Positions 43,524 through 52,249 are shown, counted from the first letter of the stretch. The stretch: 64,000 nucleotides of DNA from Candidatus Poribacteria bacterium (GCA_965215015.1 OZ244042.1:4608001-4672000), one strand, 5' to 3'. Program-made: numbers and translations. Notes: generated by a model from the letters alone, not told the origin.

Positions 43524-44354
43524 ATGTATCCGTTGCTGCGGCACAATGGTTCGGATGTTGAGTTTAATGACGAGACAGTGAAATTTCGTTTAATCAACGC
43601 TGGGGAAACACAACGCTCCCCAGGTCAAAAAGATGGTTGGAATGTTGTAGACTAGGGGATTATAGATCCATCACACCGGCTTGCAGAGGCCCATGTATGG
43701 TTCAGTCCCAATAATCCACTTCAAATCATTGAAGCCGACATAATATTTGACTACTATCAGCCATACGCGGCGCACAGTAATAATTTTCCCTCCGATAAGT
43801 ATTGTATTCGTAATGTTGCCACCCACGAATTTGGACATTGGGCGTTGTTATTAGATGTTTCTATAGGGGATTGCCCAAGCTATGCACCTTATACAATGTT
43901 TTCGCCGGGGGAACCTCAATTTAACATACACTCACAAGAGTCCCTTGAATGTGAAGACAAATATGGTCTTTGGTATACCTACAATGAAATGACCTTTTCT
44001 GCACCTCCTGTTCTGGCTAAACCTGAAGTTGTCAATCCTCCAACTACGACTAGCGTTGTAGAACAGACAAGGCTTTTTCAGAACTACCCAGACCCTTCTA
44101 ATCCGGAGACATGGATACCCTACGAGCTTTCAGAAGACGCTGATGTGACCGTTGAAATCTATGACTTAACAGGAGCTATGGTAAGGAAACTCGTCTTGGG
44201 GAGACAAACCAAAGGACGATATATCGACAAGAGGCGGGCCGCCTTTTGGGATGGAAGGAACGAAAGGGGCGAGTTAGTCTCATCAGGTGTTTATTTTTAC
44301 ACGCTTAAAGCAGATGAGTTTTCAGCAACACGCAGGCTAGCTCTTTTAAAATAG
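43524..44354 (+). pseudogene. Matrixin-like metzincin with C-terminal sorting (FlgD/T9SS-like) domain; 5'-deleted, internal TAG
   Basis: In frame from ATG 43524; TAG at 43653 (TGG in the paralogue); NVATHEFGHWALLLD at about 43812-43856; YTMF Met-turn; QNYPDPSNPETWIPY...WDGRNERGE.VSSGVYFYTL. Confidence 0.8.
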
Positions 44355-44391
44355 GGTGCTCCTTAAAACCTTTGCTTAAAATAATCAATAA

Positions 44392-44555
44392 TAGGACTTA
44401 CGCAATTGAACGCTCAATGCGTTATAGTTCGGCACTTCATCGCCGGTGCCCATACCCTCTGAGGCCCAATGAATCGGGCAACTACAACAAAGGTTCCATT
44501 AAGGAGCTCGTAGTGAACAACTATCGGTGTTCCCTACTGAAGTGCGTAAATCCTA
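44392..44555. mobile_element. MITE-like element with TAGGACTTACGCA/TGCGTAAATCCTA ends
   Basis: 12/13 inverted termini flanked by a CAATAA direct repeat; internal REP-like hairpins; duplicated at 46112-46275. Confidence 0.65.
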
Positions 44556-44719
44556 CAATAAATGGCAATTTCTTACGCCCCATTGAGCAACCCACTTGTC
44601 CTCGGCGGGGTTTTTCCATGTTAGTCGGTAGTTATATGCGTGTTCATCTTGAAAATTAATGACAATTCCCAAATCGGGCGAAGGATAAGGCGTGAATGAG
44701 CCATAAAATCGACTTTTAG

Positions 44720-44748
44720 TTGACAAATGCGGGCGTGTTTAATATACT
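44720..44748 (+). promoter_or_regulatory. Near-consensus copy of the tRNA promoter (cassette 2)
   Basis: TTGACA-N17-TATACT. Confidence 0.75.
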
Positions 44749-44761
44749 TAAAGGTGCTCTC

Positions 44762-44796
44762 GCGGGAGTAGCTCAGTCGCGGAGCTCTACCTTGCC
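44762..44796 (+). pseudogene. 5' half of tRNA-Gly(GCC), copy 2
   Basis: GCGGGAGTAGCTCAGTCGCGGAGCTCTACCTTGCC; 32/35 identical to the real tRNA; ends at the anticodon. Confidence 0.85.
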
Positions 44797-44859
44797 CTGG
44801 GAATTAACTATTGCCTCTTTTAACCCTTATGTATAGCTTACTAACACGGAAGAATTAAG

Positions 44860-45609
44860 ATGCAGACTAAACTTTTTCAAAGATTGGTGCTTCTTCTTTT
44901 TTGCGTATCCTTACCCTGCTGGGCATATCCTACTCTACCTACAGAGGGATTAAGCATATCTTCTATGATTGATATGTCGGTTCTGGCGTTTACCGGAGCA
45001 GTTGTCGAGATGGAATTTGTCTTTCGAGAGAATCTACCACCTCAGTTTACGACAGATATTACCATTGAGATCGAAGCGATGATTAAAGGGACACCCAATG
45101 CCGGAGAAAACCGCGTGAAATTCATGATTCCCGGTGGAGAGGGTGTCTATCCCACAACAGGGGAGTCGCTGATATGTGTTGTACCGGATGCACCGAAGTT
45201 TGGAATAGGGGACAAGGTGTTTATCTTCCTGAGAAAACACAAGCGTTTAGCTAGACTTCCAGTCCCTCATGGAGGACTGATAACGGGATGGTGGGGAAAA
45301 AGAGAGATAGTGGATGAAAAAGTATCTGTGCCCTATACGTTCCAGAAAAGATTATTTGAGAATGGGCAGTGGAGAGATAAAACTCAAATGAGGGATATTC
45401 ATCTCCCAATTGATTTGGCACGGCAGATTGCTCAAGCGGCATTGCAAAATGCCGAAGCCGTTTCAACGGTAGAAGAGCAGATTAGGACCTTTGCTAAAAA
45501 TGCCCCGGTGGTGCCAGGTGAGAACCCCATGCCGGGTCAGGTGCTTCTAGACAGTGTTGAGGCAGCAATCACACCCATTCTCCCTCAGGAACGAATGGAG
45601 GAACAATAA
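44860..45609 (+). CDS. Secreted TIMP/NTR-like protein (cassette 2, gene A paralogue)
   Basis: Clear paralogue of 42747-43523; the last ~100 codons appear identical. Confidence 0.7.
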   Translation: MQTKLFQRLVLLLFCVSLPCWAYPTLPTEGLSISSMIDMSVLAFTGAVVEMEFVFRENLPPQFTTDITIEIEAMIKGTPNAGENRVKFMIPGGEGVYPTTGESLICVVPDAPKFGIGDKVFIFLRKHKRLARLPVPHGGLITGWWGKREIVDEKVSVPYTFQKRLFENGQWRDKTQMRDIHLPIDLARQIAQAALQNAEAVSTVEEQIRTFAKNAPVVPGENPMPGQVLLDSVEAAITPILPQERMEEQ

Positions 45610-46074
45610 ATGTATAAAAAATCGCGGACTGGGCTTTCGTATCAGTCGTTTCCATTCTCGCCATATCCGGGAATGCCTTGGGAGAGATTCCATGTTCATT
45701 AGACTCGTGTGAGGATCTGTCTGAAGGAGGCCATCTAATATCCGGGAGGAGATGGAATCAACCCGGGACCCCTGAGAGAGTGAACTATTATGTCGGCGAG
45801 GAGTGGATTAACATGCCTGCCTTAGCTCCTGATGTATCCGTTGCTGCGGCACAATGGTCGGATGTTGAGTTTAATGACGAGACAGTGAAATTTCGTTTAA
45901 TCAACGCTGAGGAAACACAACGCTCCCCCGGTCAAAAAGATGGTTGGAATGTTGTAGACTGGGGGATTCCAGTTGATGACGAGTCTGTCGCAGAGGCCCA
46001 TGTATGGTTCCGTCCCAATAATCCACTTCAGGTCTGAGTTTTCAGCAACACGCAGGCTAGCTCTTTTAAAATAG
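45610..46074 (+). pseudogene. Matrixin-like gene copy 2: frameshifted signal peptide, catalytic and sorting domains deleted
   Basis: ATG TAT A6; adding one A gives MYKKIADWAFVSVVSILAISGNALG. After NNPLQ the sequence jumps to the last ~40 nt of the copy-1 gene. Confidence 0.75.
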
Positions 46075-46111
46075 GGTGCTCCTTAAAACCTTTGCTTAAA
46101 ATAATCAATAA

Positions 46112-46275
46112 TAGGACTTACGCAATTGAACGCTCAATGCCTTGTAGTTCGGCGATTCATCGCCGGCGCACACACCCTCTGATGACCGATGAATCGGGCA
46201 ACTACAACAAAGGTTCCATTAAGGAGCTCGTAGTGAACAACTATCGGTGCTCCCTACTAAAGTGCGTAAATCCTA
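46112..46275. mobile_element. Second copy of the 44392-44555 MITE-like element
   Basis: Part of the tandem duplication. Confidence 0.65.
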
Positions 46276-46440
46276 CAATAAATGGCAATTTCTTACGCCC
46301 CATTGAGTAACCCACTTGTCCTCGGCGAGGCTTTTCCATGTTAGTCGGTAGTTATATGCGCGTTCACCTTGAAAATTAACGACAATTCCCAAATCGGGTG
46401 AAGGATAAGGTGTGAATGAGCTACAAAATCAACTTTTTAG

Positions 46441-46469
46441 TTGACAAATGCCAGCGTGTTTGATACACT
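46441..46469 (+). promoter_or_regulatory. Promoter of the tRNA operon
   Basis: TTGACA-N17-TACACT. Confidence 0.75.
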
Positions 46470-46482
46470 TAAAGATGCTCTC

Positions 46483-46557
46483 GCGGGAGTAGCTCAGTGG
46501 TAGAGCTCTACCTTGCCAAGGTAGAGGTCGCGGGTTCAAGTCCCGTCTCCCGCTCCA
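46483..46557 (+). tRNA. tRNA-Gly(GCC)
   Basis: Full cloverleaf; CTACC-TTGCCAA-GGTAG anticodon arm; GGTTCAAGTCC; CCA encoded. Confidence 0.97.
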
Positions 46558-46561
46558 ATGT

Positions 46562-46633
46562 GGCGGCGTAGCCAAGTGGTAAGGCCGGAGTCTGCAAAAC
46601 TCCTATGCGTCGGTTCAATTCCGACCGCCGCCT
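46562..46633 (+). tRNA. tRNA-Cys(GCA)
   Basis: GGCGGCG/CGCCGCC acceptor stem; GGAGT-CTGCAAA-ACTCC; U discriminator; CCA not encoded. Confidence 0.95.
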
Positions 46634-46647
46634 TCATTCCTTAATAC

Positions 46648-46721
46648 GGGCGGTTAGCTCAGGTGGTTAGAGTGCTTGCTTGACATGCAAGAGGTCACTG
46701 GTTCAAATCCAGTATCGCCCA
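46648..46721 (+). tRNA. tRNA-Val(GAC)
   Basis: GGGCGGT/ATCGCCC acceptor stem; CTTGC-TTGACAT-GCAAG; GGTTCAAATCC. Confidence 0.95.
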
Positions 46722-46739
46722 TCTATGTTATTGAATACT

Positions 46740-46763
46740 AAAGAGCCGAAAGGCTCTTTTTTT
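46740..46763 (+). terminator. Rho-independent terminator of the tRNA operon
   Basis: AAAGAGCC-GAAA-GGCTCTTT then a T run. Confidence 0.85.
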
Positions 46764-46858
46764 ATTGAAGGACGCTCGGAGAACAGGAGTTTACACAAAT
46801 TGAACAGGAATCGAAGCTAGGAAGAGCTTGCAAGAAATGCCAATAACTGGAGAGGATT

Positions 46859-48676
46859 ATGGAAAATTCAGAAAAGGATCTGCTTTATAAAATCAGGCAC
46901 AGCACCGCGCATGTGATGGCACAAGCGGTCGTGGAGCTTTATCCAGACGCTAAACTCGCTATTGGACCACCGATTGAAAACGGATTTTATTACGATTTTG
47001 ATCTCGGAAGCGATGGCGATGGCAAGCCGCTTGCATTTTCGCCGGAAGCCCTAGAGAAAATTGAGAAGCGGATGCGACAAATCGTCGCCGGCAAACATGC
47101 GTTTAATTATCGGGAAATCAGTCCTGATGAAGCACGCGAACTATTCAGAGATCAGCCCTATAAATTGGAGTTGATAGAGGGACTCATTGAGGGCAATGTC
47201 GATGAATATGGGGCTGCGATCGATGGAACACCGGTTGTGAGTACTTATCAGCAGGACACCTTTGAAGACCTCTGTCGAGGGCCTCACGTCGGAGACACAG
47301 GCGAGATACGCCCCGATGCCTTTAAGCTTTTGACTGTCGCCGGTGCATATTGGCGGGGCGATGAAAATAAAGCCATGCTTCAACGCATCTACGGCACGGC
47401 GTGGCACACCAAGGCAGAACTCAAGCAGCACCTTCAAATGCTTGAGGAGGCGAGAAAACGAGACCATCGCAAACTCGGCAGGGATTTAGAAATTTTTATC
47501 TTTGATGAGGACGTCGGGCCTGGGCTGCCCCTGTGGCTGCCAAACGGCGGCATCGTCATTGAGGAATTGGAAGCACTTGCCAAGGAGATGGAGGAGAAAA
47601 GAGGGTATGATCGGGTCAGAACACCTCACCTCGCCAAAGACGCACTCTTTCAGCGTACCGGTCACCTCGCGCATTATGCCGAAAGCATGTATCCACCGAT
47701 GGAGATGGAGGGCGTCCGTTACTACATGAAGCCGATGAACTGCCCATTCCATCACAAGATTTTTGATAGCAAACCGCGCAGCTATCGCGATCTGCCAGTT
47801 CGCTTGGGCGAATACGGCACATGCTATCGCTTTGAAAAGAGTGGTGAACTCTTCGGCCTCATGCGGGTGCGCTCCATGCAGATGAACGACGCACACATCT
47901 ACTGTTCGGAGGAGCAGTTTGAAGAGGAATTTATGGGGGTCGTTGACCTATACCTCGAATATTTCCGTATCTTTGGTATCGAAAAATATGTGATGCGTCT
48001 GAGTACACACCACAAAGCTGGACTTGGCAAAAAGTATATCGACAATGAACCGATGTGGCTCAAAACCGAAGAGATGGTCCGTAACGCGATGCGGAATGGT
48101 GATGTGCCTTTTGTCGAGGTACCTGATGAAGCCGCTTTCTACGGTCCCAAAATTGACGTGCAGATTTGGAGTGCCATCGGCAGGGAATTTAGCCTCGCCA
48201 CGAATCAGGTCGATTTTGCCGTACCGGCGCGATGTAATCTGAGCTTTGTCAATAGAGCAGGCGAGTCCGAAATCCCGATCTGCCTCCATCGAGCCCCACT
48301 CGGCACGCACGAGCGGATGATTGGCTTTCTGCTTGAGCATTATGCCGGCAAATTTCCCGTTTGGCTCTCACCGGAACATGCGCGCGTAATTCCAATCAAC
48401 GACAGCCACAACAACTACGTTCAGAAGATTGCTGAACGACTGAGAGAAGCCAAAATTCGTGCACAAGCAGATCTGGGGCCCGACCGTATGAATGCAAAAA
48501 TTCGTCAAGCCCAGTTGATGCAGGTGCCGTATATGCTTGTCGTTGGAGACAGAGAGGTTGAGGCTGGCACTGTTTCTCTCCGGAAGCGAGATGGAGCACG
48601 TCAAAATGGCTTGCCTGTGGAGGATTTTATAACCGCTGTCCAAGAGCGCATTGCAACACGATCGAACGAACTATAG
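46859..48676 (+). CDS. thrS: Threonyl-tRNA synthetase (lacks the N-terminal TGS domain)
   Basis: RHSTAHVMA, DLCRGPH, RDHRKLG, KPMNCP, AFYGPKID. Confidence 0.98.
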   Translation: MENSEKDLLYKIRHSTAHVMAQAVVELYPDAKLAIGPPIENGFYYDFDLGSDGDGKPLAFSPEALEKIEKRMRQIVAGKHAFNYREISPDEARELFRDQPYKLELIEGLIEGNVDEYGAAIDGTPVVSTYQQDTFEDLCRGPHVGDTGEIRPDAFKLLTVAGAYWRGDENKAMLQRIYGTAWHTKAELKQHLQMLEEARKRDHRKLGRDLEIFIFDEDVGPGLPLWLPNGGIVIEELEALAKEMEEKRGYDRVRTPHLAKDALFQRTGHLAHYAESMYPPMEMEGVRYYMKPMNCPFHHKIFDSKPRSYRDLPVRLGEYGTCYRFEKSGELFGLMRVRSMQMNDAHIYCSEEQFEEEFMGVVDLYLEYFRIFGIEKYVMRLSTHHKAGLGKKYIDNEPMWLKTEEMVRNAMRNGDVPFVEVPDEAAFYGPKIDVQIWSAIGREFSLATNQVDFAVPARCNLSFVNRAGESEIPICLHRAPLGTHERMIGFLLEHYAGKFPVWLSPEHARVIPINDSHNNYVQKIAERLREAKIRAQADLGPDRMNAKIRQAQLMQVPYMLVVGDREVEAGTVSLRKRDGARQNGLPVEDFITAVQERIATRSNEL

Positions 48677-48851
48677 TGGGCTAAATATTTTTATCAGCAC
48701 GTATTTACGTCCCTTTCATTGCCACAGCTGTGATCTACACCTCATGCTAACTGAGCAAGCAGGTACTTAGCTGGGCATGCTTGATTTATTAAGGAGTTAA
48801 ATATTAAGTTTGAGCAACCTAGGGGTAAGGAGCTAAATATGCCAACAGAGG

Positions 48852-49031
48852 ATGTTTGCAATAGGACACTCAATACACGAGATTGACGATTTTATTGAGA
48901 TGTTGAAAAAACACAAGGTTGATTGTTTAATTGATGTTAGAAGCCAGCCATATAGTAGAATTGGTCCGCGACTCAATAAAGAGAGATTAAGTTCAGCCTT
49001 AAAAAGTGCTGAGATCCTGTACACACCTTGA
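48852..49031 (+). pseudogene. Truncated DUF488-family N-terminal fragment
   Basis: MFAIGHSIHEIDDFIEMLKKHKVDCLIDVRSQPYSR...; stops after 59 aa; AT-rich. Confidence 0.65.
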
Positions 49032-49144
49032 GAACGCTTTTAGAGTCCTGTACAAACATCTATTTCGCAGTTTCACTCGGTGTTGAATTTAATGGATGGT
49101 ACTATAAACTGATAGCAGGCGTTGTATATCTCTAATAAAAAGCT

Positions 49145-50332
49145 ATGAAACGTATATACCTAGACCATAATGCAACAACCCCAGTCCACCCGCAGGTACT
49201 TGAGGCGATGCTGCCCTTTATGACGGAGCAGTTCGGCAACGGTTCGAGCATCCACGCCTATGGACGTGAGGCGCGTAATGCGATTGATGACGCGCGTGAG
49301 CAGGTTGCAGCCCTTATGAACGCGAAAAGTCCGAGTGAAATCATTTTCACCAGCACCGGGACGGAGGCTGATAACTACGCCATCAAAGGGATTGCCGAGT
49401 TGCAGCAAAGACGCAATGGCGGCAATCATATCATCACCTCTTCAATTGAGCATCACGCTGTGTTGCATACATGCCAATATCTTGAGAAACGTGGATTTGA
49501 AGTAACGTATCTCCCTGTCGATCGGTATGGACGGATTCAACTCGACGATCTGTGCGCGGCGATTCGGGACACAACAATTCTTATCTCTATTATGCACGCC
49601 AACAACGAAACAGGAACGATTGAACCGATTGCGGAGGTTTGTGAAATCGCTCAAGCACATCGTATCCCTGTCCATACGGACGCGGTACAATCCGTTGGTA
49701 AGCTACCGGTTGATGTTCAGGCGTTGGGTGTTAGTATGCTTTCGCTTTCTGCACACAAGATTTATGGACCTAAGGGAATCGGCGCGTTGTACCTTCGACG
49801 TGGCACACGGTTGGAAAACCTACTTCACGGGGGTTCACATGAGCGGAACCGGCGAGCAGGCTCCGAGAATGTCCCCTCGATTGTTGGGATCGGTCAGGCA
49901 GCAGCATTAGCGAAGAAAGAGCGAGAATCGAACGTTGAGCATCTGAATCAATTAACGGGCAAGTTACGCCAAGGATTGCATGAAGGTATCGATTATATCC
50001 ATGAGAACAGTGATCCTGAAAACAGTTTGCCCGGAACATTGAATATCTCTTTTGAGTATATTGAAGGGGAAAGTCTCATCTTGCGATTGGATATGGAGGG
50101 CATTTGTGTCTCAACAGGTTCAGCCTGTACTTCTGGCTCGATGGAGCCATCTCACGTTTTGGCTGCCCTCGGTCTCCCACCGCAATTGGCGCAAGGCACC
50201 GTCCGGTTTTCACTTGGTAAAGATAACACGGAAGCGGAAATCAATGAAGTCATCGAAAAAGTGCCCAAGGTTGTTGAGCAGATGCGGGGGATGTCGCCAG
50301 CGTATAAAAGATTCGCTCATGTAAGGAATTAG
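49145..50332 (+). CDS. iscS: Cysteine desulfurase (IscS/NifS type)
   Basis: YLDHNATTP, HTDAVQ, SAHKIYGPKG, STGSACTSG. Confidence 0.92.
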   Translation: MKRIYLDHNATTPVHPQVLEAMLPFMTEQFGNGSSIHAYGREARNAIDDAREQVAALMNAKSPSEIIFTSTGTEADNYAIKGIAELQQRRNGGNHIITSSIEHHAVLHTCQYLEKRGFEVTYLPVDRYGRIQLDDLCAAIRDTTILISIMHANNETGTIEPIAEVCEIAQAHRIPVHTDAVQSVGKLPVDVQALGVSMLSLSAHKIYGPKGIGALYLRRGTRLENLLHGGSHERNRRAGSENVPSIVGIGQAAALAKKERESNVEHLNQLTGKLRQGLHEGIDYIHENSDPENSLPGTLNISFEYIEGESLILRLDMEGICVSTGSACTSGSMEPSHVLAALGLPPQLAQGTVRFSLGKDNTEAEINEVIEKVPKVVEQMRGMSPAYKRFAHVRN

Positions 50333-50551
50333 TGCAACAGAAGCTGCAGTGGCTTACTTCCCAATTTATCAGGGAGTAACTCTCCCCCTGCTTGCTCCCC
50401 TCCACGGTTGAGGCATAGGGTTCAGGGTAACTCTCCCCTACTCGCCTCCCTTCCCCGCTTGCGGGGAAGTTAGAGGGGGTCGGGGGTTCTGCTACAAGAT
50501 CCCTTAAAATGACCCAACAATTTTTTGCATAACTAACATAAGGAGAGATCA

Positions 50552-51097
50552 ATGGCGAAAAAACTAGCGAAAAATAAATATCAGAAGAGACACCATCGTC
50601 GCGGCGAAGACCGTTTGCGCGGCGACAAAATCGATTTTTACCTTTCGATGGCGTATTCGGAGGACTCGGAGGACAGGATAGCTGCGATGGAGAATCTATG
50701 TCCGTGCCATGTTCGCAGACGGATTGATGCCGTGTGGGAAGCACTATACCGTGGGCTTCAAGACCCCGATATAAATGTTCGCAAGGCAGCGTGGCATACC
50801 CTCGACGATGGCGGGCGACCGAATGATCCACAGTTACAGCCAATTCTTGAGAAGATTGCAAAGAAAGAAACGGATCCAAAACTGCGCCAACGCGCAATCG
50901 ATCTCATTCAGTCTGCCAGACAGTTGGAGGCTAAACATCGGGAACTGGTGGCACAGGGGGCAGATTATTTTCCTGGGAAATGTGACTGGTGTGGTGCGAC
51001 CGACGTGAAAGTAACGTACGATTATGAGACAGAGTTTGAGGGGATTGGTCAACAGAAAAGGTTTGCCCTGATGTGTCCTGATTGTGCTGGTGTATAG
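50552..51097 (+). CDS. HEAT-repeat protein with CPCH motif and C-terminal zinc ribbon
   Basis: LCPCHV, LQDPDINVRKAA; CDWC...CPDC. Confidence 0.7.
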   Translation: MAKKLAKNKYQKRHHRRGEDRLRGDKIDFYLSMAYSEDSEDRIAAMENLCPCHVRRRIDAVWEALYRGLQDPDINVRKAAWHTLDDGGRPNDPQLQPILEKIAKKETDPKLRQRAIDLIQSARQLEAKHRELVAQGADYFPGKCDWCGATDVKVTYDYETEFEGIGQQKRFALMCPDCAGV

Positions 51098-51118
51098 CGT
51101 TTACAATGACTTCCCGGT

Positions 51119-51391
51119 TCAAATGCCTAATTGCCTGAGTAAACTCGTGAGGGGCAATTCGTCAATCATTCCTTTTGGCACACAGATTCTACAATGTGCG
51201 ATCGCCTCCGCACCCGTCTTACAATCCATTAGGGGGTTTGGCACTAATTCATAAACGATCCAAGAGAGTTGCAGCATCAACTCTGCAATCGTCTTTTCTG
51301 CTTGCTCTAACCGTTCTGCTAAGGTTTCAAGCGTTTCTGCCCTCGTAAAAAACCTCCTTTCATCTTTATCTAGTGTACGGTGAACTACCAC
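51119..51391 (-). CDS. Hypothetical small protein
   Basis: Coiled-coil-like LETLAERLEQAEKTIAEL; the best RBS precedes an ACG codon at 51346. Confidence 0.4.
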   Translation of the reverse strand: MVVHRTLDKDERRFFTRAETLETLAERLEQAEKTIAELMLQLSWIVYELVPNPLMDCKTGAEAIAHCRICVPKGMIDELPLTSLLRQLGI

Positions 51392-52215
51392 ATAACCCGA
51401 CCGTCACAGTTGATGTCCTGTCCCGTCATGCTTGCTGAATCATCCGAGGCGAGAAAGAGTGCCAAGGCAGCCATCTCTTCGGATCCCGATCCTTTTTCAC
51501 GATAACCTTCATCGGCACACCACCTGCCTGCGAGAACACCCTTCGGATCTGGACGTCCGATCCGCTCGCGAAATGCCTCCTCATCAAAGAACTGATTCAT
51601 GTACTCTGCCCGGCCCCTCGCCAATTCGACGCTTCTCTCCTCATGCCCGCCCGGGCAGATTGCGTTGACATTGATGTTGTAACGTCCAACATCGGCGGCG
51701 AGTGTCCTGGTGAAACCGATCACCCCCATCTTCGAGGTGGCATATGGTGCTCTGTGGGAGAGTGGCTGTTTACCCGTGCCCGAACTAAAGTTTATGATTT
51801 TCCCATATCGCTTCTTTATCATTTCGGGCAGCACTGCTTTGCAACAGAGGAAGTGCGAATCGAGGTTGACGGAAAGTGTTTGTTTCCACTCCGCTAGGGT
51901 CATATCCCAGACATCTTTGGTCGGCCCAGCGACGCCCACAACATTGGCGAGTATATCGACTGTACCCAAGGTTTCAATGGTTTCCTTCGCCATATGGTTC
52001 ACTTCTTCCTCTTTTGAAACATCGGTCTGAAAGCAGAGAACCTGTCCACCAGCGGCTCTTATCTTCGAGCCAACTTTCTCCTCCAATGCCGTCTCTGGAA
52101 TCACATCGCACAAGGAAACCGCGGCCCCCTCTTCTGAAAATTGCAGGGCGATTGCCTCCGCGTGCCCCCTGCCAGCACCCGTAATCATTGCGACTTTACC
52201 ATCCAATTTTCCCAT
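51385..52215 (-). CDS. Short-chain dehydrogenase/reductase
   Basis: TGAGRG, YATSK, NAICPG. Confidence 0.92.
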   Translation of the reverse strand: MGKLDGKVAMITGAGRGHAEAIALQFSEEGAAVSLCDVIPETALEEKVGSKIRAAGGQVLCFQTDVSKEEEVNHMAKETIETLGTVDILANVVGVAGPTKDVWDMTLAEWKQTLSVNLDSHFLCCKAVLPEMIKKRYGKIINFSSGTGKQPLSHRAPYATSKMGVIGFTRTLAADVGRYNINVNAICPGGHEERSVELARGRAEYMNQFFDEEAFRERIGRPDPKGVLAGRWCADEGYREKGSGSEEMAALALFLASDDSASMTGQDINCDGRVMW

Positions 52216-52249
52216 GAAACCTCTCCCTCCCTTCAGAATCCTTTTTCAA

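Noticed and set aside
43653-43655. TAG readthrough (pyrrolysine or recoding) in the protease gene
   Set aside because: The paralogue has TGG, the gene also lacks its signal peptide, and TAG is a normal stop elsewhere in the window.
44372-44659. ORF MLKIINNRTY... and its copy at 46092-46310
   Set aside because: Lies within MITE/REP DNA, has a TTG start without RBS, and the stop position differs between copies.
42747-45609. Diversity-generating retroelement TR/VR pair
   Set aside because: Differences are not adenine-specific, include indels, and no reverse transcriptase is present.
42595-46480. Prophage or classical integrase-bearing island at tRNA-Gly
   Set aside because: No integrase or phage genes in the interval; any recombinase would have to act in trans.
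46722-46858. T-box leader for thrS
   Set aside because: Too short, no T-box motif; the hairpin present is the tRNA-operon terminator.
46859-48676. ThrRS lacking the N-terminal TGS domain as a novelty
   Set aside because: Short ThrRS forms are known; editing and catalytic motifs are intact.
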